IMG/VR virus record: IMGVR_UViG_2724679237_000007
Coordinates: 1 to 36,559 of that record
DNA: 36,559 bases
Strand: one strand, 5' to 3'
Origin: a virus
Taxonomy: Duplodnaviria > Heunggongvirae > Uroviricota > Caudoviricetes
Made by a program: the position numbers and the translations under genes. Below are positions 16,850 through 25,782 of this stretch, in pieces. The notes under the pieces are model-generated. The model worked only from the letters and a program-made list of their open reading frames with translations. It was not told where the DNA came from and did no database searches. Within the stretch, counting starts at the first letter, position 1. Each line of letters starts with the position of its first letter.

Positions 16850-18517
16850 ATGGCGGAATCACTGAAGCAACGCCTTAACGCGCAGTTGGGGCAACTCAAG
16901 AAAGAGCGTACGTCATTTGAGGCGCACTGGCGCGATCTGTCCGATTTTATCAACCCCCGCGGCTCCAGGTTCCTGACCAGCGACGCGAATCGAGGCGACC
17001 GCCGTAATACCCGTATTATCGACCCTGAAGGCAGTCTGGCGCACCGTACGCTCTCAAGCGGCATGATGTCTGGTATCACCAGCCCCGCCCGGCCATGGTT
17101 CAGGCTCGCAACGCCGGATCCAGATATGATGGATTACGCCCCGGTGAAAATCTGGTGCGAGACGGTACAACGGCGGATGAACGAGGTATTTAACCGCTCT
17201 AATCTGTATCAGTCACTCCCCATCATATACGCACAGCTTGGCACGTTTGCCAGCGGTTCTATGTCGCTGGTGGAAGATGATCAGGATGTGATCCGCACGT
17301 ACCCGCGACCATTAGGCAGTTTTTATCTGTCAAACAATGCGCGTCTGAGTGTAGACACCGACTGTCGCGAATTTTCTATGACCGTACGCCAGATTGTGGC
17401 GCAGTTCGGGCTGGATAATGTGAGTACCTCAGTGCGCAGCCTGTGGGACTCCGGCCAGTACGAGCAATGGATAGACGTCATCCACTTTGTCTACCCAAAC
17501 GTTGATCGTGATACCGGGAGTCTGGACTCGAAGAATAAGCTGTTTAAGTCGGTTTACTACGAAAAGGGCGGGGATGGCGACAAGCTGCTTAGCGAGAAAG
17601 GCTTCGACGAATTCCCGAATCTCTGCCCTCGCTGGGAAATCAACGGCGAGGATGTCTACGGCAGCAACTGCCCAGGCATGCTGGCGCTGGGACAAATCAA
17701 AGCCTTGCAGCTTGAGCAGCGGCGCAAAAGCCAGCTTATAGATAAAGCAACCAATCCGCCTATGGTTGGGCCTGCATCCCTGCGTAACCAGCGCGTGTCT
17801 CTGCTTCCGGGAGATATCACGTATATCGACCAGGTAACGGGGCAAGACGGGTTAAAACCTGCGTATCTTGTGAACCCGAATACCGGCGATCTGATGGCCG
17901 ATATTCAGGATACACGCCAGATAATTGACCGCTGCTATTTCGTCGATCTCTTCATGATGTTGCAGAACGTGAATACCCGCTCGATGCCCGTCGAAGCGGT
18001 TGTGGAGATGAAAGAGGAAAAGCTGCTGATGCTGGGGCCGGTGCTTGAGCGTCTGAACGATGAGCTGCTTAACCCGCTTATCGAACGCACTTTCTCCATC
18101 ATGGAACGCAAAAATCTACTCCCGCAGCCACCGCAAATACTGGAGGGAACGCCGCTACGGGTGGAGTACATCTCCGTGATGGCGCAGGCGCAAAAGGCTA
18201 TCGGCCTGAGTAGCCTTGAGCGTTTTGTTGCATTTGTCGGAAACATGGCGCAATTCAGCCCCGGCGCACTGGATAAACTCAACGCCGATCAGGCTATCGA
18301 CGCTTACGCCGATATGTCCGGCGTTTCTCCCATGGTTGTTGTCCCGGAAGAGCAGGCGCAGCAGGCACGCCAACAGCGAGAGCAGCAGATGCAGGCACAG
18401 CAGGCGGCGGTAATGGGGATGGCAGCAGCGCAGGGCGCTAAAACACTCAGCGAGACTCAAACCAGCGAACCGAGCGCGCTTACTGCGCTGGCGAACGCAG
18501 CAGGAGCGCAGCAATGA
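16850..18517 (+). CDS. Portal protein
   Basis: 555 aa, positioned right after terminase; size comparable to T7 gp8; Gln/Ala-rich C-terminus. Confidence 0.75.
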   Translation: MAESLKQRLNAQLGQLKKERTSFEAHWRDLSDFINPRGSRFLTSDANRGDRRNTRIIDPEGSLAHRTLSSGMMSGITSPARPWFRLATPDPDMMDYAPVKIWCETVQRRMNEVFNRSNLYQSLPIIYAQLGTFASGSMSLVEDDQDVIRTYPRPLGSFYLSNNARLSVDTDCREFSMTVRQIVAQFGLDNVSTSVRSLWDSGQYEQWIDVIHFVYPNVDRDTGSLDSKNKLFKSVYYEKGGDGDKLLSEKGFDEFPNLCPRWEINGEDVYGSNCPGMLALGQIKALQLEQRRKSQLIDKATNPPMVGPASLRNQRVSLLPGDITYIDQVTGQDGLKPAYLVNPNTGDLMADIQDTRQIIDRCYFVDLFMMLQNVNTRSMPVEAVVEMKEEKLLMLGPVLERLNDELLNPLIERTFSIMERKNLLPQPPQILEGTPLRVEYISVMAQAQKAIGLSSLERFVAFVGNMAQFSPGALDKLNADQAIDAYADMSGVSPMVVVPEEQAQQARQQREQQMQAQQAAVMGMAAAQGAKTLSETQTSEPSALTALANAAGAQQ

Positions 18518-18816
18518 CAGATTCGGATGACGAAGATGATTCGCGGCTTGCCGGGCAAGAACAGCGCCACCGTGAGCGAGAGCAGCGCGATACAGATGAT
18601 ATCCGGCAGGTGATGAGCACTGACGCCGGGCGGCGCGTTATCTGGTGGCTGCTGGAGCGCGGAAAGGTTTTTTCCACTACGTTCCACGCCGACCCGCACA
18701 TTGCAGCATTTAACGAGGGGCAGCGAAATCTGGCTCTGGCGATGTTCAGCCGTGTGATGGCGGCTAGTCCTGATAATTATTTACTTATGGCTGCAGAGGC
18801 CAGCAAAGAGGAGTAG
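18514..18816 (+). CDS. Hypothetical acidic protein (possible scaffold-associated)
   Basis: 100 aa, acidic N-terminus (DSDDEDD); translationally coupled between portal and scaffold. Confidence 0.45.
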   Translation: MTDSDDEDDSRLAGQEQRHREREQRDTDDIRQVMSTDAGRRVIWWLLERGKVFSTTFHADPHIAAFNEGQRNLALAMFSRVMAASPDNYLLMAAEASKEE

Positions 18817-19523
18817 TGAGTATGAATTTATTTGAGCGGTTGGTTTATCGCCGCCTGTGCAATGAGCAGCCAGCCGATGGTGGCACACCTGCTGCGGCAT
18901 CAGCAGATACAGCAGCAACTGGCGGTAGTCCAACCCCGGCGGCAGAGCTTGTTGTGACTGAGACGGATGCCTCCAAAAAAGATGTTGTAGATGCCAAGTC
19001 ATCAGATGGCGACAAGCCTGACGCTGACGGCAAAAAACCTGACACCAACAAGGACGATAAAACGCAGGGCGCGCCAGAAAAATACGAGTTTCAGGCGGCT
19101 GAAGGTAGCGAGATTGATGCCGCTGCGCTGGCTGATTTTGAGCCGGTGGCCCGTGATCTTAACCTGACGCAGGAACAGGCGCAGAAGCTGGTGGATGTCT
19201 ACCCGAAGATTCTTGCTGGTGTGCGGCAGCGGCAGACGGAAGCCTGGCAGCAGCAGACAGAGACCTGGGCGCAGGAGGTTAAAGCCGATAAAGAAATCGG
19301 TGGCGACAAGCTGGTACCTAATTTATCCGCCGCGCAGCGTGCGGTTGATACCTTCGGGACGAAAGAGCTTAAAACGTATCTGGAGGGTACCGGGTTGGGC
19401 AACCACCCAGAGCTGGTGAAGTTTTGCGTCAAAGTAGGTAAAGCCATGGCTGAAGATAGCATGGTGCAACCGGGGAATGGCGGTCAGCTAAGTGCCGCTG
19501 AAGTTTTATATGGTAAAAAATGA
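18816..19523 (+). CDS. Scaffolding protein (putative)
   Basis: 235 aa, highly charged, directly upstream of the major capsid gene. Confidence 0.55.
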   Translation: MSMNLFERLVYRRLCNEQPADGGTPAAASADTAATGGSPTPAAELVVTETDASKKDVVDAKSSDGDKPDADGKKPDTNKDDKTQGAPEKYEFQAAEGSEIDAAALADFEPVARDLNLTQEQAQKLVDVYPKILAGVRQRQTEAWQQQTETWAQEVKADKEIGGDKLVPNLSAAQRAVDTFGTKELKTYLEGTGLGNHPELVKFCVKVGKAMAEDSMVQPGNGGQLSAAEVLYGKK

Positions 19524-19534
19524 GGAAATAACCA

Positions 19535-20524
19535 ATGGCGGTAAAAGGCATTAATGCGCTCACTCTGACCGACTGGGCGAAGCGAACCGATCCTAACGGC
19601 AAGATCGATAAGATCGTAGAGTTGCTGGCGCAGACCAACCCTATCCTGCAGGACATGATGTGGGTTGAGGGTAATCTGCCAACGGGGCACCGCACCACCG
19701 TACGTACCGGACTCCCGTCCACCACCTGGCGCATGCTCAACTACGGCGTTCAGCCCAGCAAATCCACCACAGTCCAGGTAACGGATGCGTGCGGGATGCT
19801 GGAAGCCTACGCGGAAGTTGACAAGGCGCTGGCTGACCTGAACGGCAACACCTCTGAGTTTCGACTCTCCGAAGATCGCGCGTTCCTGGAGGCGATGAAC
19901 CAGAACATGTCCGAAACGGTTTTTTACGGCGATACCAGTATCAACCCTGAGCGTTTTATGGGGCTGTCCGGTCGCTACAGCGATAAGGGTGCCGCAAACG
20001 GTAAAAACATCATCGACGCTGGCGGGGCGCAGACGGATAACGCGTCCATCTGGCTGATGTGCTGGGGCGAAAATACCGTCCACGGCATTTTCCCGAAAGG
20101 CTCAAAAGCGGGGCTGAATCACGAGGATTTAGGGCAGCAGACACTGATCGACGCCAACGGCGGTAAATACGAAGGTTACCGCACCCATTACAAGTGGGAT
20201 GCCGGGATGACACTGCGCGACTGGCGTTATGTGGTGCGCATCGCAAATCTGGATACCAGCGATCTGGCTGACGGCAGCGCCAGTGCGCCGGATATCTGTA
20301 AGCTGATGGCTAAGGCGTTGCATCGCTTGCCTAACCGCCAGATGGGTAAGTGTTCCTTCTACATGAACAAGGATATCGCGGAGTATCTGGATACCCAGGC
20401 AATGGAAAAGCCGTCATTGGGTATCAAGGTGAAAGAAACGGAAGGTGTCTTCTGGAACGATTTCCGTGGTGTTCCGATCCGTGAATGCGATGCGCTGTTG
20501 AATACCGAATCGCGCGTTCAGTAA
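19535..20524 (+). CDS. Major capsid protein
   Basis: 329 aa in the canonical position after the scaffold; strong GAGGAAA RBS. Confidence 0.75.
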   Translation: MAVKGINALTLTDWAKRTDPNGKIDKIVELLAQTNPILQDMMWVEGNLPTGHRTTVRTGLPSTTWRMLNYGVQPSKSTTVQVTDACGMLEAYAEVDKALADLNGNTSEFRLSEDRAFLEAMNQNMSETVFYGDTSINPERFMGLSGRYSDKGAANGKNIIDAGGAQTDNASIWLMCWGENTVHGIFPKGSKAGLNHEDLGQQTLIDANGGKYEGYRTHYKWDAGMTLRDWRYVVRIANLDTSDLADGSASAPDICKLMAKALHRLPNRQMGKCSFYMNKDIAEYLDTQAMEKPSLGIKVKETEGVFWNDFRGVPIRECDALLNTESRVQ

Positions 20525-20544
20525 ATCATAACCGGAGAAATAAC

Positions 20545-20985
20545 ATGATTATTGACAAGCAGTTATTGTTTTCTGAGGCGCAGGCCGTTACGGCTTCGAT
20601 TACATCAACTGACACCCTAGATTTAGGGCCGCTTGCTGGACCCCGGCGCGATATTGGTGTTGGCTACCCGTTAGAGTTATTCATCACAGCCGTCAAGACG
20701 GCGACCGCATCCGGCGCTGCAACGGTGCAGTTCTTCCTGGATACCGATACTGAATCTGATTTTCCGTCGGCAACCACTATTTTCCAGTCTACCCCTGTCC
20801 CGGTGGCTAAATTGGTACAGGGCTGGCGGATGAATATTCATGTGCCACCAGGCTGCGAGCGTTATTTATTGCTGCGTTATGTGGTCGCTACCGGGCCATT
20901 AACGGCAGGGGCCTTCACGGCTGGTATTAATCTGGCTGTAGATGCCAATACCCCGTATACCGACGGCCTGTCCCGCGCATCTTAA
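20545..20985 (+). CDS. Hypothetical virion protein
   Basis: 146 aa from the internal ATG at 20545 (GGAGAAA RBS). Confidence 0.45.
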   Translation: MIIDKQLLFSEAQAVTASITSTDTLDLGPLAGPRRDIGVGYPLELFITAVKTATASGAATVQFFLDTDTESDFPSATTIFQSTPVPVAKLVQGWRMNIHVPPGCERYLLLRYVVATGPLTAGAFTAGINLAVDANTPYTDGLSRAS

Positions 20986-20998
20986 GGAGTAGAGAAGA

Positions 20999-21319
20999 AT
21001 GTCCGAACCGAAATACCGGGTGCTGGAAAAATCGTTCATTGACGGCAAGCTGATTGAACCGAGGGAAGAGATCGTTTTTCTCGGCACTCCCGGCAGTAAG
21101 CTGGATCCGCTGAATGATGCGGCAAAAGCGATGAAAGAAGATGGAGCTGCCATCATCGCTCCCGTTCCTGAAGGCAATACCGAAGATAGCGAAGATGGTG
21201 ATCTGTCAAAACTTCGTGAAGAGTACGAATTGCTTTTTCAGGAGAAGCCGCGCCCCAGCACCAAAGCCGATACGCTGCGTAAAAAAATCGCCGATAAGCG
21301 AAAAGAACTTGGTGTGTAA
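20999..21319 (+). CDS. Hypothetical protein
   Basis: 106 aa charged protein with AGGAG RBS; followed by a strong terminator. Confidence 0.45.
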   Translation: MSEPKYRVLEKSFIDGKLIEPREEIVFLGTPGSKLDPLNDAAKAMKEDGAAIIAPVPEGNTEDSEDGDLSKLREEYELLFQEKPRPSTKADTLRKKIADKRKELGV

Positions 21320-21327
21320 ATCTGAAC

Positions 21328-21351
21328 AGGGCCGCAAGGCCCTTTCTTTTT
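21328..21351 (+). terminator. Rho-independent terminator
   Basis: AGGGCC-gcaa-GGCCCT followed by TTCTTTTT. Confidence 0.7.
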
Positions 21352-21367
21352 AGCTGGAGCGAATTTT

Positions 21368-21685
21368 ATGGAACTGATAAACCTGAAAACAGGTACTGAC
21401 AGCTATCAGGACGAAAAGGGTGAGACGCATACCCGCGATGATTATCCATGGGGGCTGAGTATCAGCCTGGATAATGAAACGCTGAATAAACTCGGTGCGG
21501 ATTTACCTGCTGTGGGGCAGGTGGTCACTATCTCTGCTAAGGCCATCGTTAAATCGACATCTGTACGGCAGGACAACGAAGAGGCATACCGACGCGCCGA
21601 ACTGCAGATAACTGATATGGCTATTGCCGGGGAGGATTCGCAGCCAACTAAATCTGCGGCGGATACGCTTTACGGGGGCGACTGA
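21368..21685 (+). CDS. Hypothetical protein
   Basis: 105 aa; overlaps the next gene start (ATGA). Confidence 0.45.
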   Translation: MELINLKTGTDSYQDEKGETHTRDDYPWGLSISLDNETLNKLGADLPAVGQVVTISAKAIVKSTSVRQDNEEAYRRAELQITDMAIAGEDSQPTKSAADTLYGGD

Positions 21686-22290
21686 TGGCCTCAGTTATTG
21701 AAATCTGCAACAACGCACTGAGCCGGATCGGCAACAACCGGACGATCAACAGTCTGGATGAGGCCAGCAAAGAAGCCGATTCCTGTAGCCTGCACTATGA
21801 CTCCTGCCTAGATACGGTGCTATCGGATTTTGACTGGAACTTTGCAACAAAGCGGGTGGCGCTGGCTGATACCAATACTCCGCCGCCAGACTGGCAATAT
21901 GCGTATCTGTACCCCACAGACTGTATGCGCATCACTGAAATTATGATGCCCGGCATGCGCAATCCTCCGTCGGTTGCGCGTATCCAGTTTTCTGTCGGGG
22001 CCGATGGTGATGGAACCAGCAAGCTGATTTATACGGATCAGGAGGATGCCTGGCTCAAATACGTCGGGCGGGTGACGGACGTCAATATGTTTGATGCAAT
22101 CTTCAGAAATGCGCTGGCGTGGCAGCTTGCGGCGGAAATTGCTATGCCGCTGACAGGCAGCGCAGATCTGGGCAATAACGCGCTAAAAATGTACAGCGGC
22201 GTTATTCTCACCGCTGGCGCTCATAGCATGAATGAATCGCAGGAACCGCCGCAGCTGGATTCTGAATTTACCATCGCGAGGTTGTCATAA
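21685..22290 (+). CDS. Tail tubular protein A-like (T7 gp11-like) protein
   Basis: 201 aa; size and position match T7 gp11; N-terminal region resembles gp11. Confidence 0.5.
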   Translation: MASVIEICNNALSRIGNNRTINSLDEASKEADSCSLHYDSCLDTVLSDFDWNFATKRVALADTNTPPPDWQYAYLYPTDCMRITEIMMPGMRNPPSVARIQFSVGADGDGTSKLIYTDQEDAWLKYVGRVTDVNMFDAIFRNALAWQLAAEIAMPLTGSADLGNNALKMYSGVILTAGAHSMNESQEPPQLDSEFTIARLS

Positions 22291-24773
22291 TGCCTTTTTC
22301 ATGGATTCAGCCGAGCTTTGCGGGGGGCGAGATTGGCCCGTCGCTATATGGCCGCATAGATATGGCAAAGTACCAGGTGGCGCTACGCAAGTGCGATAAT
22401 TTTATTGTGCGACAATATGGCGGGCTTGAGAATCGTCCGGGTACGCGATTTATTGCGCCAGCGCGATACGCGGATAAAAAATGCCGCCTGATCCCGTTTC
22501 AGTTTTCTACCGTGCAGACGTATGCGCTGGAGTTCGGCGATAAGTACATGCGGGTGTTTATGAATGGCGGGCAGGTGCTGAACAGTAACTGTAGCATCTA
22601 CCAGATATCGACGCCTTACGCAGAGGCCGACCTTTTTAAGCTGAAGTTTACCCAAAGTGCGGATGTGCTGACCGTCGTTCATCCATCATACCCGCCAAAA
22701 GAGTTACAGCGTTATTCCCATACCAACTGGCAACTGGTGGATGTGGTCACGAAGAACGGTCCGTTCGAGGATATCAACGTTGACGAATCCATCAAGGTTT
22801 ACGCCAGCGCCAGCACAGGAACAATCACACTAACAGCTACATCGGCGATTTTCGGTAGCGAACAGATAGGCAAGCTGTTTTATCTGGAGCAGCCGGCTGT
22901 TGATTCGGTGCCAGTGTGGGAAACCAGTAAATCAACGGATACGGATGATATTCGCCGCGCAGACAGCAACTATTACCGGGCGAACACCAGCGGAAAAACT
23001 GGCACGCTCAGGCCGTCGCATACTGAGGGTATGGCGTGGGATGGCTGGGGCGGTGATGGCGACGACGATACCGGGATACAGTGGGAATACCTGCACAGCG
23101 GATTTGGCATTGCTAAAATTACTGCTGTCGCCGGGAACGGACTCAGCGCCACCGCCAGCGTGGTTTCGTATATCCCGTCTCAGGTTGTCGGTTCAGGTAA
23201 TGCCAGTTTTAAGTGGGCGCGCTACGCATGGAACAGCGTAAACGGCTACCCCGGTACGGTAGTTTATTACCAGGAACGCCTGTACTTTGCGGCATCATCT
23301 GCATATCCGCAAACTATCTGGGCTAGCCGTACCGGGGATTATAAGGATTTTGGTAAATCAAATCCGACGCAGGACGACGACCGGATCACAAAAACCTACG
23401 CCGGGCGGCAAGTGAATGAAATCCGCCACCTGATTGACGTTGGTGGCTCGCTGGTAGTGCTCACCTCCGGCGGTGAGTTTGTGATTAAGGGCGATCAGAA
23501 CAGTGTACTTACGCCCTCTGCTTTCACGTTCAGCTCACAGGGGGCGAACGGTTGCAGTAATGCCCCGCCAATTGCGGTATCAAATATCGCGCTGTTTATC
23601 CAGGAAAAAGGCAGCGTGGTGCGCGACCTGGCGTACTCTTTTGATGTTGACGGATATCAGGGAACCGACCTAACTATCCTCGCCAATCACCTATTTGAAA
23701 AGCACAGCATTGTTGACTGGTCGTTTTCTATCGTGCCGTATTCCAGCGCGTTCTGTATCCGTGACGACGGCAAGCTGCTGGTGATGACCTATTTGCGCGA
23801 ACAGCAGGTTTTTGCCTGGGCTCCGCAGTCCGGTGACGGGAAATTCGAAAGCACCTGCAGTATCAGCGAGGGCAGCGAAGATGTCGTTTATTTTGTGGTT
23901 AACCGGACTATTAACGGGGCCAGCGTACGCTATATCGAGCGTCTCTCCAGCCGCCTGTTCAGCGATGATATGGATGCGTTTTTCGTTGACTGTGGGCTGA
24001 GCTACGACGGGCGAAATACCGATAAATCCCGGACGGTAACGATCAGCGGTGGAAGCGGAGAATGGGATTATTGTGAAAGCTATACCCTGAGCGTATCTGG
24101 CGCGTCGTATTTTGTCAGTACGGATGTTGGCGCGCAGATTCAGATACCCTATACCGGGACTGACCCGGGGGAAGGCGGTACCGAAGATATGGAGCTGCGC
24201 TGCGATATTATCAGCGTTACCAACGGCAATACGGTGACGGTACTGTGCAACCGCAATGTTCCTGCCGGGCTGCGGAATGTCGCCACCTCTGGCTGGCGGA
24301 TGGCGCGCCTGTCCTTTGGAGGGTTATCGCACCTCGAGGGGAAAACGGTCAATATCCTCTCGGATGCCAGTGTAGAGCCGCAAAAGGTTGTTTCCGGCGG
24401 CGTGGTGACACTCGAATCGCCGGGTGCGGTGGTGCATATCGGTTTACCCGTTACGGCAGAGCTTGAAACGCTGGATATCAATATCACCGGGCAGGAAACC
24501 CTGCTGGACAAAAAGCAGATCATTCCAGCCGTGACCATGTTGGTAAATTCCAGTCGTGGAATATGGGCGACGACGCCAGGCGGGAAATGGTACGAGTATC
24601 CACAGCGCGAATTTGAGTTTTATGATGATCCGGTGAATGACGCTACCGGGAAAGTTGAGGTAAAACTCGACAGCAACTGGGATAAAAACAGCCGGGTGAA
24701 AATCAGGCAAACTGATCCGCTGCCGTTGTCGGTACTGGCGATCATCCCATCGCTGACGGTGGGAGGTCGCTGA
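22290..24773 (+). CDS. Tail tubular protein B-like (T7 gp12-like) large tail protein
   Basis: 827 aa; size and position match T7 gp12 (794 aa); translationally coupled to flanking genes. Confidence 0.5.
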   Translation: MPFSWIQPSFAGGEIGPSLYGRIDMAKYQVALRKCDNFIVRQYGGLENRPGTRFIAPARYADKKCRLIPFQFSTVQTYALEFGDKYMRVFMNGGQVLNSNCSIYQISTPYAEADLFKLKFTQSADVLTVVHPSYPPKELQRYSHTNWQLVDVVTKNGPFEDINVDESIKVYASASTGTITLTATSAIFGSEQIGKLFYLEQPAVDSVPVWETSKSTDTDDIRRADSNYYRANTSGKTGTLRPSHTEGMAWDGWGGDGDDDTGIQWEYLHSGFGIAKITAVAGNGLSATASVVSYIPSQVVGSGNASFKWARYAWNSVNGYPGTVVYYQERLYFAASSAYPQTIWASRTGDYKDFGKSNPTQDDDRITKTYAGRQVNEIRHLIDVGGSLVVLTSGGEFVIKGDQNSVLTPSAFTFSSQGANGCSNAPPIAVSNIALFIQEKGSVVRDLAYSFDVDGYQGTDLTILANHLFEKHSIVDWSFSIVPYSSAFCIRDDGKLLVMTYLREQQVFAWAPQSGDGKFESTCSISEGSEDVVYFVVNRTINGASVRYIERLSSRLFSDDMDAFFVDCGLSYDGRNTDKSRTVTISGGSGEWDYCESYTLSVSGASYFVSTDVGAQIQIPYTGTDPGEGGTEDMELRCDIISVTNGNTVTVLCNRNVPAGLRNVATSGWRMARLSFGGLSHLEGKTVNILSDASVEPQKVVSGGVVTLESPGAVVHIGLPVTAELETLDINITGQETLLDKKQIIPAVTMLVNSSRGIWATTPGGKWYEYPQREFEFYDDPVNDATGKVEVKLDSNWDKNSRVKIRQTDPLPLSVLAIIPSLTVGGR

Positions 24774-25237
24774 TGCATGATGTGCAGATCGTTCCCGCCA
24801 CACGGGAGCATATTGTCGCCATCCTCCCTTACGTTCGCCAGGCAGACATTCTGGAGTTTCTTGCCGTAACCGGCCAGACGCCTGAGCAGGTGCTGGAGCT
24901 GGGATTGCGGGTATCAACGTTTGCATGCGCAGGACTGATTAACGGGCATGTCGTCACCATTTTTGGCGTTGCGCCAGCGTCCATGATTGGCGGTTGCGGT
25001 CTTCCGTGGCTGGTAAGTACCGACGCACTGGAGCAGTATCCGCGTACTTTCCTGCGCCAGTGTCGCCCGGTTGTTGATGTCTTTTTGTCTGTTTACCCGC
25101 GCCTTGAAAATTATGTCGATACCCGTAACCACGTTGCGATAGCCTGGCTGCGCTGGCTGGGATTCCGGCTTGAGGAGCCAGCGCCTTACGGCATGCTGGG
25201 GCTTCCATTTCACCGTTTTCATCTGGAGAGAAAATAA
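24773..25237 (+). CDS. Internal virion protein A-like small protein
   Basis: 154 aa; position and size parallel T7 gp13; C-terminal VAIAWLRWLGFRLE faintly GNAT-like. Confidence 0.4.
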   Translation: MHDVQIVPATREHIVAILPYVRQADILEFLAVTGQTPEQVLELGLRVSTFACAGLINGHVVTIFGVAPASMIGGCGLPWLVSTDALEQYPRTFLRQCRPVVDVFLSVYPRLENYVDTRNHVAIAWLRWLGFRLEEPAPYGMLGLPFHRFHLERK

Positions 25238-25782
25238 TGTGCTCAACTACTGCGCTGGCGGTCACGACGCTGGCCGCTTCCGGCGTGTCTGCTTATAACC
25301 AATATAAGTCAGGGCAATATCAGGCTGATGTTGCTAATCAGAATGCGAAACTGGCTGACGCACAGGCCAATGATGCCATCAACCGGGGTAATGCCGATGC
25401 AGAGCAAAAGCGCCGCGAGATGCGCCAGCGCCAGGGACAGCAAGCGGCAGCACTGGGGGCGACAGGTGGGGAGATGAGTAGCGGCTCCTCGCTGGATATT
25501 TTCGGTGATACCACGCAATACGGCACACTGGATGCGTTGACCACGGTGAACAATGCCCAGCGTGAAGCGTATGGCTATCAGGTTCAGGCAGCTAACTCTC
25601 GCGCACAGGCGGATGCTGCTGAGCAGCAGGGAACCGTGGGTGCATTCTCCACGTTACTGACTGCGCCGCTTAAAGCGTACGGTGTATATAACTCTGGCGG
25701 TGGTAGCTGGAATCCATTCACGCAGAGTAAAGCTGCACCCCTTAGCGCCGCCAAAGGCACCAGATTACCAGGGGGGTTATAA
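25237..25782 (+). CDS. Internal virion protein B-like (Gln/Ala-rich)
   Basis: 181 aa, low-complexity, hydrophobic N-terminus; parallels T7 gp14. Confidence 0.45.
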   Translation: MCSTTALAVTTLAASGVSAYNQYKSGQYQADVANQNAKLADAQANDAINRGNADAEQKRREMRQRQGQQAAALGATGGEMSSGSSLDIFGDTTQYGTLDALTTVNNAQREAYGYQVQAANSRAQADAAEQQGTVGAFSTLLTAPLKAYGVYNSGGGSWNPFTQSKAAPLSAAKGTRLPGGL